A stretch of DNA of 64,000 nucleotides, taken from assembly GCF_009931435.1 (NCBI RefSeq), contig NZ_CP043414.1; one strand, given 5' to 3'. Made by a program: the position numbers and the translations under genes. The notes under the pieces were generated by a model, which searched no databases, was not told where the DNA came from, and saw only the letters and a program-made list of their open reading frames with translations. Every line of letters begins with the position of its first letter. The stretch's first letter is position 1. The stretch comes from Escherichia coli (lineage in GTDB: Bacteria; Pseudomonadota; Gammaproteobacteria; Enterobacterales; Enterobacteriaceae). Of this stretch, positions 34,010 to 44,886 are shown one piece after another.

Positions 34010-34177
34010 TTGAATTATTCAGCTTTTTGAGTCTGTTATTAAGTGCGAACAAAAATACTTGTTTGACGTCTTGATTGTTCGATTTAGCGGTTGATAGGTT
34101 AAATGCAACACTGACGAGTATAACCTGGCCTACGATGTCAATGAGGAAATGTAGGCCAGAGATGTATTCAACTAATA

Positions 34178-34819
34178 TTACTCCTGCGTCTCTTCCCAGT
34201 CTGCCAGCGTATATAGCGTTGCCCCAGCTGCTGACATCTCCATAAACGCGTGCGCACTGTCCTGTGGCTGGATATTCACGCCACGACAACCATCGGTAAT
34301 CACATTAACCTTATAACCTAACTGTAACGCGTCCAGCACGGTAAACTTCACGCAATAGTCAGTAGCCAGGCCCATAATGATCAATTCATCGATTTCATGA
34401 TCGCGTAACCAGTCATCGAGCGTGGTTTTCTGCCGACGGCCGTTATCAAAAAAGGCACTGTAACTGTCAACTAAAGGATTTTCGCCTTTATGGAACACCG
34501 CTGCGATCGCTTTTTGGTTCAGTAACGGATGTAATTGTGCGCCTTCACTGTTCTGCACACAGTGATCTGGCCAGAAGGTTTGTGGCAAACCGTCGAGTTG
34601 GCCTGGCGTATAAGGCTCTACACCGTGCTGACTGGCAAAACTGCCGTGATTCGCCGGGTGCCAGTCTTGACTGGCGATAACCGCTTCACCGCGCGACTGG
34701 CACCAGTCAATCAGGCGGTTAGCGACATCCACCGTACTGTCACCTTCCGGCACGGCGAGCGCGCCACCAGCACAGAAATCATTTTGTAAATCGACCAGTA
34801 ACAGGGCGCGAGGGGGCAT
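34178..34819 (-). CDS. pncA: Nicotinamidase / pyrazinamidase
   Basis: ORF 34178..34837; start set at MPPRALLLVDLQNDF (213 aa). Confidence 0.9.
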   Translation of the reverse strand: MPPRALLLVDLQNDFCAGGALAVPEGDSTVDVANRLIDWCQSRGEAVIASQDWHPANHGSFASQHGVEPYTPGQLDGLPQTFWPDHCVQNSEGAQLHPLLNQKAIAAVFHKGENPLVDSYSAFFDNGRRQKTTLDDWLRDHEIDELIIMGLATDYCVKFTVLDALQLGYKVNVITDGCRGVNIQPQDSAHAFMEMSAAGATLYTLADWEETQE

Positions 34820-34829
34820 TGCAGTCTCC

Positions 34830-35846
34830 TTAATCATCCGGCGTCAGTTCGCCGCGCAGGTTTTGGCTCATGGCCTTGCGAATGGTTTCAGTATCCAGTT
34901 CCTGGCTAAGCAGGTAATGCAGTTTGGTTAGCGTGGCTTCTACAGTCATATCTGCACCGCCAATAACGCCGGCATGGGCGAGGGCGTTACCAGTGGCATA
35001 ACCCCCCATGTTCACTTTGCCGGACATACATTGTGTCAGGTTGACTACCACAATTCCGCGATCGCTGGCTTCTTGTAATTCTTGCAGGAAGGCTTTGTTT
35101 TGTGGCGCATTACCCACGCCATATGAGCGCAGAATCAATGCCTTCACCGGTTGGCGCAGAAAATTGCGCACGACGTCAGCAGAAATCCCTGGATAAATCG
35201 TCACTACGCCAATCGGTTGTGGGGTGATTGGATGAACGATCAATTCCCCTTCACCGTGCGGGGCGGGTGGCGTATTCAAACGACGAATATGGATACCTGC
35301 TTCCAGTAACGGAGGAAGGTTTGGAGAGGCAAACGCATCAAAACCATCGGCATGGGCTTTGGTGGTACGGTTGCCACGATAAAGTCGATTATTAAAAAAG
35401 AGAGTTACTTCGTTGATAGGATAATTCGCCGCAACGTACAACGCATTCAGCAGATTAATTTGTCCGTCAGAGCGTAACTCAGCCAGCGGGATTTGTGACC
35501 CTGTCACAATGACCGGTTTACCGAGATTCTCGAGCATGAACGACAGCGCAGAGGCGGTATACGCCATCGTGTCGGTGCCGTGCAGAATGACAAAACCATC
35601 ATAGTCGTCATAATGCGCTTTAATATCTTCAGCAATATGCTGCCAGTCTTCTGGCGTCATATCTGAAGAGTCCATCAGCGGCGTATATTCATGAATGGTG
35701 AAATCTGGCATCTCCGGGCGATGGAATTCCGGCATCAGCGCCAGTTGGCGTTGTAGATGACCTGACACCGGAATATAACCCTGCTCGGAACGCTGCATCC
35801 CGATGGTCCCGCCCGTGTAGGCGACGTAAATTGATTTCTTTTGCAT
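34830..35846 (-). CDS. ansA: Cytoplasmic L-asparaginase I
   Basis: 338-aa ORF MQKKSIYVAYTGGTIGMQRS... Confidence 0.9.
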   Translation of the reverse strand: MQKKSIYVAYTGGTIGMQRSEQGYIPVSGHLQRQLALMPEFHRPEMPDFTIHEYTPLMDSSDMTPEDWQHIAEDIKAHYDDYDGFVILHGTDTMAYTASALSFMLENLGKPVIVTGSQIPLAELRSDGQINLLNALYVAANYPINEVTLFFNNRLYRGNRTTKAHADGFDAFASPNLPPLLEAGIHIRRLNTPPAPHGEGELIVHPITPQPIGVVTIYPGISADVVRNFLRQPVKALILRSYGVGNAPQNKAFLQELQEASDRGIVVVNLTQCMSGKVNMGGYATGNALAHAGVIGGADMTVEATLTKLHYLLSQELDTETIRKAMSQNLRGELTPDD

Positions 35847-35977
35847 GATATTGATATGAATGATATCGAAAGAGCAAAAGTATATACGTGAGGGGCAGCG
35901 AGCGCACCTGGATACTCTGTGGATATGAGAAAAGTCCGGCAGAACGGAGGGATTAGTGTCCCGCCGGAGAAAAGTGG

Positions 35978-36700
35978 TTAATCCTGCAACGCATAGGTTA
36001 CGGTGGTTACTACGCGTACCGTTTTATTAATCGCCGTAGGATCATCTTCATCACTGCCACTGGCGAAGATCTGGAACACGCCTTGTGAGGCATCGCTAAT
36101 TGACCCCACCTGGCTACCTGAGTCCGTTGCAAATTGTAATGCTGCGTTGCGTGCATCTTTGGTGGCGGCGGCAATCATCTCAGCGCGCAGTGCGCCAATA
36201 CCATTAAAGCGATAGGCGACTTTGCTCTCAGCGATAGCGCCCTCCGTAGCGACTTGCAGTTCGTTTAATTTCGCGACGACTTTTTCGACAGCAGCAACAT
36301 TATGGGTTTTTATCGTCACTGACCCGTCTGCGTTATAGCGTGGCATTGTGGGATCATCTTTCAGATAAAAGGAATCTGTTCGCTTGCTTGTCCATTGGCC
36401 CAGGGTTATCTCTTTCTCGTTAATCCCCTGAGCATTGAGTTCGGCAACAATTTTTTTCTGCGCGTCTTCCAGTTTCGGGAACAGTTCGCCGGGAATATTA
36501 CCCTTAAAGTTAATCGCAATTGTTAATTCTGCCGTATCTGCGCGAACTTCTTTTTCAGAAAGCCCACGCACATTTACATAACGGTTATTGGTTTTTAAAT
36601 GTTTAACACCATCGCCAACAAAATAACCACAGGCGCTAATCCCCAGTCCGAGGACGATAGCGGCAATTAAAGAGGGGGCCTTATTCACTGATGACTCCAT
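35978..36700 (-). CDS. SIMPL/DUF541-like (YggE/BP26-like) exported or membrane-anchored protein; not expected between ansA and sppA in K-12
   Basis: ORF 35978..36790; probable start at Met31 (MESSVNKAPSLIAAIVLGLGISACGYF, hydrophobic signal/anchor) or at in-frame GTG 36688, which has GGAG 6 nt upstream. Confidence 0.6.
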   Translation of the reverse strand: MESSVNKAPSLIAAIVLGLGISACGYFVGDGVKHLKTNNRYVNVRGLSEKEVRADTAELTIAINFKGNIPGELFPKLEDAQKKIVAELNAQGINEKEITLGQWTSKRTDSFYLKDDPTMPRYNADGSVTIKTHNVAAVEKVVAKLNELQVATEGAIAESKVAYRFNGIGALRAEMIAAATKDARNAALQFATDSGSQVGSISDASQGVFQIFASGSDEDDPTAINKTVRVVTTVTYALQD

Positions 36701-36803
36701 ATCAGATGCTAAATGAGCAAGGGAATGTAGTGGAGAGAGGGAGTGAAAGACAGTCCGATTCAGGAGTGTGGCCGACAGCATATCGGCCACATTTTTGCAG
36801 GAT

Positions 36804-38660
36804 TTAACGCACGTTGGCGCAGGTCAGGCAAAACGCATAACGGTTTTGTGGGTCGTTAAACGCTGCCAGCTTGTCGCTTTCACTTTTAACGGTAGAGGCT
36901 ACCGAGGCCAGCGGTGCAGGTAACATGGCCTGGAACGCATCTGGCAACATTGCCCGGACAGAACCAGACATATTGTCCATCACTTTGTCGAAGAAGGTCG
37001 GTTCATCAACGTAGTATTCCAGATGCCACTGTTTCACTTTTGCCAGCTCTGCTGCTTTGGCAACCGCATCATCGAAATCTCCGAGACTATCGACCAGCCC
37101 GTTAGCTTTTGCATCCTGACCGGTCCAGACGTGGCCCTGGGCGATTTTATCAATCTGCTCCGGCGTCGAATGACGCGCATCAGCAACCAGCGTGATAAAG
37201 CGTTTATAGCCATTCTCAATGCTTAACTGCATCATCTGCTGCGCTTCCGGCGGCAGTGCCTTGGTGATAGAAACATCCGCCAGCGGTGAAGTTGAGACGC
37301 CATCGGTATGAACACCAATCGAATCCAAACTATTTTCTACGGTAGTGATCACGCCGAAGATACCGATAGAACCGGTCAGGGTGCTGGGGTTAGCCACAAT
37401 GTAATTAGCTGGCGTGGAAATCCAGTAACCACCAGATGCCGCCATGCCGCCCATCGATACAACCACAGGCTTACCCGCTGCCCTGGCGGCTGCCAGTTCA
37501 GCGCGAATCACTTCAGAGGCGGTAACGCTGCCGCCAGGGCTATTAACACGCAGAACAATCGCTTTCACTTTCGGGTCAAGGCGAGCGTCGCGGATTTGTG
37601 CCGCAGTGGTATCACCGCCAACATTCCCCTGAGTTTCCTCGCCATCCATAATTGCGCCATTCGCGAAGACGACACCGATGCTGTCACCGGTATCTGCCGG
37701 CGTTTTCAATGCGTAATCGTAATAACTGATGGCGCGATAATTTTTATCAGTCTTACTCCAGCCGAACTCTTTGGTCAGAGCTTTTTCGATTTCGGCACTT
37801 GATGCCAGTGCATCGACCAGCTTGTTTTCCAGCGCATATTTCGCGGTATCGCCACCTGTTTTGGTTAAACCCTCAAGCAACCCTTGCGCACCAGGGAATA
37901 CCTGCTGAGCAGGGATCTGCCGGTTAGCGGCAACAGTATTCAGATAGTTTTGCCACAGCTCACCGATCCAGCGGCTGTCAGCTTCGCGGGCTGCCGGTGA
38001 CATATCATCACGAATAAACGGTTCAACGGCAGATTTATACGTACCCACGCGGAACACATGGGTGGAGACTTTCAGCTTATCCAGTAACGATTTGTAGTAC
38101 AGACCGTTGGTAGCAAAACCGTGCAGATCCACCACGCCTTGTGGAGATAGCCAAATTTTGTTGGCGAAACTGGCGAGATAATATTGCCCCTGGCTGTAGT
38201 TCTCGCCTATGGCATAAACTGGCTTCCCGCTGTCACGAAACTCTTTCAGGGCTTTGCCGATGTACTGCATAGACGGCTGGTCGCCGCCTGCGAAGTTTTT
38301 CAGATCCATCACGATACCGGTGATATTGCGGTCGTCCTTCGCCTGGCGAATGGTGTTGACGATATCAAACAGTGAGTTTTCCTGCAGACGGTCGGAACTG
38401 GCACCAAGGAGCTGGCGGCTTAGCTTACTAAACCGCTGAGAACTGTCGGGTTTATCGACGATTACACCAGATATGTCCAGCAGCAGCGCGCCACGACTGG
38501 CCGTTTCTTTCGAATCACCACCTCTGACCTGCATCCAGATCCCCACACCAACCAGTACGAGAAAAATAAAGAACAGGTTAAGTACCATTTCACGGACGAA
38601 ATTCAGCAGACGCCACGTCCATTTAAAAAATCCGGCAATAAATCGCCAAAGGGTTCGCAT
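36804..38660 (-). CDS. sppA: Signal peptide peptidase A (protease IV)
   Basis: ORF 36804..38804; start set at [14 protein letters not shown] (618 aa). Confidence 0.9.
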
Positions 38661-38820
38661 GTATTCTCCCAACTTAAGGTCACACCTGTCACAGGCGCAA
38701 TAGATGTGGTTATCGTAATGACCCAACCGGCACTTGTCAGCAGGAATTGCGGACTGTGCTGTAACAAAATCCACTCTCGTGTTAATTTTGTGAATAAATA
38801 TCATGACAGGAGTTAATCAA

Positions 38821-39372
38821 ATGGATGCACTCGAACTATTGATCAATCGCCGTAGCGCCTCCCGCCTGGCTGAACCTGCGCCAACGGGTGAACAACTGCA
38901 AAACATCCTGCGTGCGGGTATGCGTGCCCCGGACCATAAGTCCATGCAACCGTGGCATTTTTTTGTGATTGAAGGGGAAGGACGCGAGCGTTTCAGCGCA
39001 TTATTGGAACAGGGGGCGATTGCTGCCGGTAGTGATGACAAAGCTATCGACAAAGCGCGTAATGCGCCGTTCCGCGCACCGCTCATCATAACGGTGGTGG
39101 CAAAATGCGAAGAAAATCATAAAGTCCCGCGCTGGGAACAGGAAATGTCTGCGGGATGTGCGGTCATGGCGATGCAAATGGCAGCAGTTGCCCAGGGGTT
39201 TGGCGGTATCTGGCGCAGTGGCGCATTAACTGAAAGTCCGGTAGTGCGTGAAGCATTCGGTTGCCGTGAGCAGGATAAAATTGTCGGTTTTCTCTACCTT
39301 GGTACGCCGCAGTTGAAAGCATCTACGTCGATAAACGTCCCGGACCCGACGCCGTTTGTGACTTATTTCTGA
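38821..39372 (+). CDS. ydjA: NAD(P)H nitroreductase YdjA
   Basis: ORF 38803..39372; start set at [13 protein letters not shown] (183 aa). Confidence 0.85.
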   Translation: MDALELLINRRSASRLAEPAPTGEQLQNILRAGMRAPDHKSMQPWHFFVIEGEGRERFSALLEQGAIAAGSDDKAIDKARNAPFRAPLIITVVAKCEENHKVPRWEQEMSAGCAVMAMQMAAVAQGFGGIWRSGALTESPVVREAFGCREQDKIVGFLYLGTPQLKASTSINVPDPTPFVTYF

Positions 39373-39488
39373 TAATTGTCGCGAAACTGTCTGGATTGTG
39401 AGCAAAGGCGCAGGAATTCAGACACTCTCACTTATCACTTCATGGAATGAGGGTTACCATACCCGGATTGCATTGACAGGAGATGTCC

Positions 39489-40532
39489 ATGAGCGAGAAC
39501 TCGATTCGTTTGACCCAATACAGCCACGGTGCAGGTTGCGGCTGTAAAATTTCCCCAAAAGTGTTGGAGACCATCCTGCACAGTGAGCAGGCGAAGTTTG
39601 TTGATCCGAATTTGCTTGTGGGTAATGAAACCCGCGACGATGCGGCGGTGTACGATCTGGGCAATGGCACCAGCGTTATCAGTACCACCGACTTCTTTAT
39701 GCCGATCGTTGATAATCCTTTCGATTTTGGCCGCATTGCGGCGACTAACGCCATCAGCGATATCTTCGCGATGGGTGGCAAACCGATTATGGCGATTGCG
39801 ATCCTCGGCTGGCCTATTAACAAACTTTCCCCTGAAATTGCCCGCGAAGTAACCGAAGGTGGACGCTATGCATGCCGTCAGGCGGGTATTGCGCTGGCTG
39901 GCGGTCACTCCATCGATGCGCCGGAGCCGATTTTTGGTCTGGCGGTAACGGGGATCGTACCGACCGAGCGGGTGAAGAAAAACAGTACTGCACAAGCCGG
40001 ATGCAAACTGTTCCTGACGAAACCGCTGGGAATTGGCGTTCTTACTACGGCTGAGAAAAAATCACTGCTGAAACCAGAACATCAGGGACTAGCGACGGAA
40101 GTGATGTGCCGGATGAATATTGCAGGCGCGTCCTTTGCCAACATCGAAGGCGTAAAAGCGATGACTGACGTGACTGGTTTTGGTCTGCTGGGGCATTTGA
40201 GCGAAATGTGTCAGGGTGCTGGTGTGCAGGCGCGAGTCGACTATGACGCGATCCCGAAACTGCCGGGGGTTGAAGAGTACATTAAGTTGGGCGCAGTGCC
40301 TGGCGGCACCGAACGTAACTTTGCCAGCTATGGGCATCTGATGGGTGAAATGCCGCGTGAAGTGCGCGATCTGCTGTGCGATCCGCAAACTTCTGGCGGT
40401 CTGCTGCTGGCGGTCATGCCGGAAGCAGAAAATGAGGTCAAAGCTACAGCCGCCGAGTTTGGCATTGAACTGACGGCGATTGGCGAACTGGTGCCAGCGC
40501 GCGGCGGTCGTGCCATGGTTGAGATCCGTTAA
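39489..40532 (+). CDS. selD: Selenide, water dikinase (selenophosphate synthetase)
   Basis: ORF 39483..40532; start set at [10 protein letters not shown] (347 aa); N-terminal [11 protein letters not shown] with Cys at the Sec/Cys position. Confidence 0.9.
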
Positions 40533-40536
40533 TTCA

Positions 40537-42492
40537 ATGCGGTTGTTTATTGCCGAAAAACCGAGTCTGGCGCGCGCCATTGCTGATGTCCTGCCCAAAC
40601 CGCACCGGAAAGGCGATGGCTTTATCGAGTGCGGTAATGGCCAGGTGGTGACCTGGTGTATCGGTCACCTGCTTGAGCAGGCGCAGCCAGACGCCTACGA
40701 CAGTCGCTATGCGCGCTGGAACCTGGCCGATCTCCCCATTGTCCCGGAAAAGTGGCAATTACAGCCACGACCCTCCGTGACCAAACAACTTAATGTGATC
40801 AAACGCTTCCTGCATGAAGCCAGCGAAATCGTTCACGCCGGGGACCCGGATCGCGAAGGACAATTGCTGGTGGATGAAGTGCTGGACTACCTGCAACTGG
40901 CACCGGAAAAGCGCCAGCAGGTACAGCGTTGTTTGATAAACGACCTGAACCCGCAGGCGGTTGAGCGGGCGATCGATCGTCTTCGCTCCAATAGCGAGTT
41001 TGTACCACTGTGCGTTTCTGCGCTGGCGCGAGCACGAGCCGACTGGTTATACGGCATCAATATGACCCGCGCGTACACCATTCTCGGTCGTAATGCGGGT
41101 TATCAGGGCGTGCTTTCCGTGGGACGCGTGCAGACGCCCGTGCTCGGGCTGGTGGTGCGCCGCGATGAAGAAATTGAAAACTTCGTGGCTAAAGACTTCT
41201 TTGAAGTCAAAGCGCATATCGTGACACCTGCCGATGAGCGGTTTACCGCTATCTGGCAACCGAGCGAAGCGTGTGAACCGTACCAGGATGAAGAAGGGCG
41301 CTTGTTACATCGTCCGCTGGCGGAGCATGTAGTTAACCGCATTAGTGGTCAACCGGCTATTGTCACCAGCTATAACGATAAACGGGAATCAGAATCCGCG
41401 CCGCTGCCGTTTTCGCTTTCGGCGTTGCAGATTGAAGCGGCAAAACGCTTTGGTCTGAGCGCGCAGAATGTGCTTGATATTTGCCAGAAGCTGTACGAAA
41501 CGCACAAGCTAATCACTTATCCGCGTTCCGATTGTCGCTATTTGCCAGAAGAACATTTTGCCGGACGCCACGCGGTGATGAATGCTATCGGCGTCCATGC
41601 GCCGGATCTGTTGCCGCAACCAGTGGTAGATCCAGATATACGCAACCGCTGTTGGGATGACAAAAAGGTCGATGCGCACCACGCCATCATCCCGACCGCG
41701 AGGAGTTCTGCCATCAACCTGACGGAAAACGAGGCGAAGGTCTATAACCTGATTGCTCGTCAGTATTTGATGCAGTTCTGTCCGGACGCGGTGTTCCGCA
41801 AGTGTGTTATCGAACTGGAAATAGCCAAAGGCAAATTTGTCGCTAAAGCCCGTTTTCTAGCTGAAGCAGGCTGGCGCACGCTGTTAGGCAGCAAAGAGCG
41901 CGATGAAGAAAACGACGGCACGCCACTGCCTGTGGTGGCGAAAGGCGATGAGTTGCTGTGTGAAAAAGGTGAAGTGGTAGAGCGGCAAACCCAGCCGCCG
42001 CGCCATTTTACCGATGCAACACTGCTTTCGGCGATGACCGGGATCGCGCGCTTTGTGCAGGACAAAGATCTGAAAAAGATCCTTCGTGCCACCGATGGTC
42101 TGGGGACAGAAGCGACTCGCGCCGGGATTATTGAACTGCTGTTCAAGCGAGGCTTCCTGACCAAAAAAGGGCGCTATATCCACTCCACCGACGCCGGAAA
42201 AGCATTATTCCATTCGCTGCCAGAGATGGCGACGCGACCGGACATGACCGCGCACTGGGAATCGGTGCTGACGCAAATCAGCGAAAAGCAGTGTCGCTAT
42301 CAGGACTTTATGCAACCGTTGGTGGGGACGCTGTATCAGTTGATTGATCAGGCCAAACGTACGCCGGTGCGGCAGTTTCGCGGCATAGTGGCTCCAGATG
42401 GCGGAGAAGGAAATAAAAAGACTTCATCACGTAAGCGAGCAGCGAAAAAAAGCCCGCCATCAGCAGAGGCGGGCAGTGGAGTGATAATGTAA
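40537..42492 (+). CDS. topB: DNA topoisomerase III
   Basis: ORF 40480..42492; start set at [14 protein letters not shown], 4 bp after the selD stop; basic C-terminal tail. Confidence 0.9.
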   Translation: MRLFIAEKPSLARAIADVLPKPHRKGDGFIECGNGQVVTWCIGHLLEQAQPDAYDSRYARWNLADLPIVPEKWQLQPRPSVTKQLNVIKRFLHEASEIVHAGDPDREGQLLVDEVLDYLQLAPEKRQQVQRCLINDLNPQAVERAIDRLRSNSEFVPLCVSALARARADWLYGINMTRAYTILGRNAGYQGVLSVGRVQTPVLGLVVRRDEEIENFVAKDFFEVKAHIVTPADERFTAIWQPSEACEPYQDEEGRLLHRPLAEHVVNRISGQPAIVTSYNDKRESESAPLPFSLSALQIEAAKRFGLSAQNVLDICQKLYETHKLITYPRSDCRYLPEEHFAGRHAVMNAIGVHAPDLLPQPVVDPDIRNRCWDDKKVDAHHAIIPTARSSAINLTENEAKVYNLIARQYLMQFCPDAVFRKCVIELEIAKGKFVAKARFLAEAGWRTLLGSKERDEENDGTPLPVVAKGDELLCEKGEVVERQTQPPRHFTDATLLSAMTGIARFVQDKDLKKILRATDGLGTEATRAGIIELLFKRGFLTKKGRYIHSTDAGKALFHSLPEMATRPDMTAHWESVLTQISEKQCRYQDFMQPLVGTLYQLIDQAKRTPVRQFRGIVAPDGGEGNKKTSSRKRAAKKSPPSAEAGSGVIM

Positions 42493-42515
42493 TGCTCTGA
42501 TGCAGTCAGTTTTCG

Positions 42516-42560
42516 TAGGCCAGATAAGGCGTTCACGCCGCATCTGGCATAAACGCCTGA
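42516..42560. repeat. REP (repetitive extragenic palindromic) element between convergent topB and gdhA
   Basis: gtaggccagataaggcgttcacgccgcatctggca, classic REP consensus. Confidence 0.55.
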
Positions 42561-42575
42561 AACGGCGCTAATGAC

Positions 42576-43919
42576 TTAAATCACCCCCTGCGCCAGCATC
42601 GCATCGGCAACCTTCACAAAACCGGCAATGTTCGCGCCCTGCACGTAGTTGGTTTGCTCACCTTCACCACCATGCTCAACACAGGCATGGTGGATATCCA
42701 GCATGATGTGATGCAAACGTGCGTCAACTTTCTCGGCTTTCCAGCCCAGGCGCGCAGCGTTTTGCGCCATTTCCAGGCCGGATGTAGCTACGCCACCAGC
42801 ATTAGCCGCTTTACCCGGTGCAAACAGTACGCCTGCCTGCTGGAACAGTTCAGTCGCTTCGATGGTGGTCGGCATATTTGCCCCTTCGGCGACGGCTTTA
42901 ACGCCATTGGCGATAAGCTGATGCGCGGCGTCTACATCCAGTTCGTTCTGGGTGGCGCAAGGCAGGGCGATATCAACCGGTACAGACCACGGCTGTTGGC
43001 CTTCGAGATAGACCAGGCCAAATTCTTTGGCGTAATCTGCCACTCGACCATCGCGGCTGGCTTTGATTTCGATAAGACGTGCCAGTTTCTCTTTAGTGAA
43101 TCCGCTTTCATCAACGACAGTGCCACTGGAATCTGACGCAGTAATCACACGGGCACCAAATTCCATCGCTTTTTCGATAGCGTACTGAGCGACGTTGCCG
43201 GAGCCAGAAACGGAAACGCGCATCCCTTCAAAACCCATACCGTGGCGTTTTAGCATTGCTTCTGTGAAATAAACCAGACCGTAGCCGGTTGCTTCCGGGC
43301 GAATAAGACTGCCGCCAAAAGAAAGCCCCTTACCGGTGAAGACGCAGGCGGTATTGTTGGAGAGCTTTTTCATCATCCCCGCCATAAAGCCGACTTCACG
43401 ACCACCAACGCCGATATCACCTGCCGGAACGTCGGTATCCGCGCCCAGGTGGCGATACAGTTCAGTCATCAGGGCCTGGCAAAAACGCATCACTTCACCT
43501 TCGCTTTTTCCTTTCGGATCGAAATCGCTGCCACCTTTACCACCGCCCATCGGCAGGGTAGTCAGGGCATTTTTGAAGGTTTGCTCGAAGCCGAGAAATT
43601 TGAGAATGGAGAGGTTAACTGACGGATGGAAACGCATACCGCCTTTGTACGGGCCGATGGCGGAGCTGAACTGCACGCGCCATGCACGGTTGACCTGTAC
43701 CTGGTTGCGATCGTCAACCCATACCACGCGAAACTGGATCACGCGCTCCGGTTCAACCAGACGCTCCAGTAATGACATTTGGCGATATTTTGGATTTTGT
43801 TCAAGAAAAGGCCAGAGTGTGGTCATTACTTCACGAACGGCTTGCGCGAACTCGGTTTGATTCGGGTCGCGCTTTTGGACATGGTTGAGGAATGACTCCA
43901 GAGAATATGTCTGATCCAT
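42576..43919 (-). CDS. gdhA: NADP-specific glutamate dehydrogenase
   Basis: 447-aa ORF MDQTYSLESFLNHVQKRDPNQ... Confidence 0.95.
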   Translation of the reverse strand: MDQTYSLESFLNHVQKRDPNQTEFAQAVREVMTTLWPFLEQNPKYRQMSLLERLVEPERVIQFRVVWVDDRNQVQVNRAWRVQFSSAIGPYKGGMRFHPSVNLSILKFLGFEQTFKNALTTLPMGGGKGGSDFDPKGKSEGEVMRFCQALMTELYRHLGADTDVPAGDIGVGGREVGFMAGMMKKLSNNTACVFTGKGLSFGGSLIRPEATGYGLVYFTEAMLKRHGMGFEGMRVSVSGSGNVAQYAIEKAMEFGARVITASDSSGTVVDESGFTKEKLARLIEIKASRDGRVADYAKEFGLVYLEGQQPWSVPVDIALPCATQNELDVDAAHQLIANGVKAVAEGANMPTTIEATELFQQAGVLFAPGKAANAGGVATSGLEMAQNAARLGWKAEKVDARLHHIMLDIHHACVEHGGEGEQTNYVQGANIAGFVKVADAMLAQGVI

Positions 43920-44154
43920 AGATATAAAACCCTTATATATTAATACGATTATGCTTATGTTGTTTATGTCATGTGCTTTTGCAGTTTTCGACTATACCAT
44001 CAAGAATGTGACGGTAAGCAAGAAAAAAATGACTCACGAAAGCAAATTAATAACGGGAGAAATCTCATAACCAAAAGCGATAACTCAGACGCTAAAGTTT
44101 TGCCGCCAGGCTACCGTTATCAGTAACAGAGACAAAAACGTTAAGGAGTTCCCT

Positions 44155-44427
44155 GTGAGTCGAGCATTGTTCGCCCTAGCATTGGCATTTCCATTCATTG
44201 CACTGGCTAACCCGCATTATCGTCCGGACGTGGAGGTAAACGTACCGCCTGAAGTATTCAGTTCAGGCGGGCAGTCAGCGCAGCCCTGTAATCAGTGCTG
44301 CGTCTATCAGGATCAAAACTATTCTGAAGGGGCGGTAATTAAAGCCGAAGGAATACTGCTGCAATGCCAGCGGGATGACAAAACTCTTGGCACTAATCCG
44401 CTGGTCTGGCGGCGCGTAAAGCCATAA
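44155..44427 (+). CDS. ynjH: DUF1496 exported protein YnjH
   Basis: 90-aa ORF with signal peptide; 3-prime end overlaps nudG by 35 bp. Confidence 0.8.
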   Translation: MSRALFALALAFPFIALANPHYRPDVEVNVPPEVFSSGGQSAQPCNQCCVYQDQNYSEGAVIKAEGILLQCQRDDKTLGTNPLVWRRVKP

Positions 44428-44800
44428 ACGCCTTTAATAGTGGAATGTCAGCAGGGGCCAGCGGATATTGCAGCGCCTCTTCAGGTGAGCACCAGACCAG
44501 CGCCTGATGTTCATGTGCCTGTAACGTCCCGTGGAAGTGGGGTATGTGCCAGGCATGAAGATGGATAATCCGCCCCGAAACTTCTCGCTGATGGCTGGCA
44601 ACATACTCACCCACAGTTGCTTCGATGCCCAATTCTTCGCGTAACTCACGCACCAGCGCCTGCCGCTGGCTTTCATCCGGTTCGACTTTACCACCAGCAA
44701 ATTCCCATAATCCCGCTTGATCGCTATGCGTAGGGCGTTGCGCGATTAAAATTTTGTCATCCTGTTCGATGATGGCGGCAACAACATCAATCATTTTCAT
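44393..44800 (-). CDS. nudG: CTP pyrophosphohydrolase (Nudix)
   Basis: 135-aa ORF; Nudix box GGKVEPDESQRQALVRELREELGIE. Confidence 0.85.
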   Translation of the reverse strand: MKMIDVVAAIIEQDDKILIAQRPTHSDQAGLWEFAGGKVEPDESQRQALVRELREELGIEATVGEYVASHQREVSGRIIHLHAWHIPHFHGTLQAHEHQALVWCSPEEALQYPLAPADIPLLKAFMALRAARPAD

Positions 44801-44886
44801 AAATTACACACGGTCGAATACAGGAAAAATGCCATAATATCCGCAGTGTTGCTCAATCAGAAAGGCTTTATATTTAAGGAGTGCCT

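Noticed and set aside
39489-40532. Possible selenocysteine (in-frame TGA) in selD or neighbouring genes
   Set aside because: selD has Cys (TGC) at the active-site position and no in-frame TGA; the only notable in-frame TGA is in ves, where no SECIS-like context or selenoprotein precedent exists.
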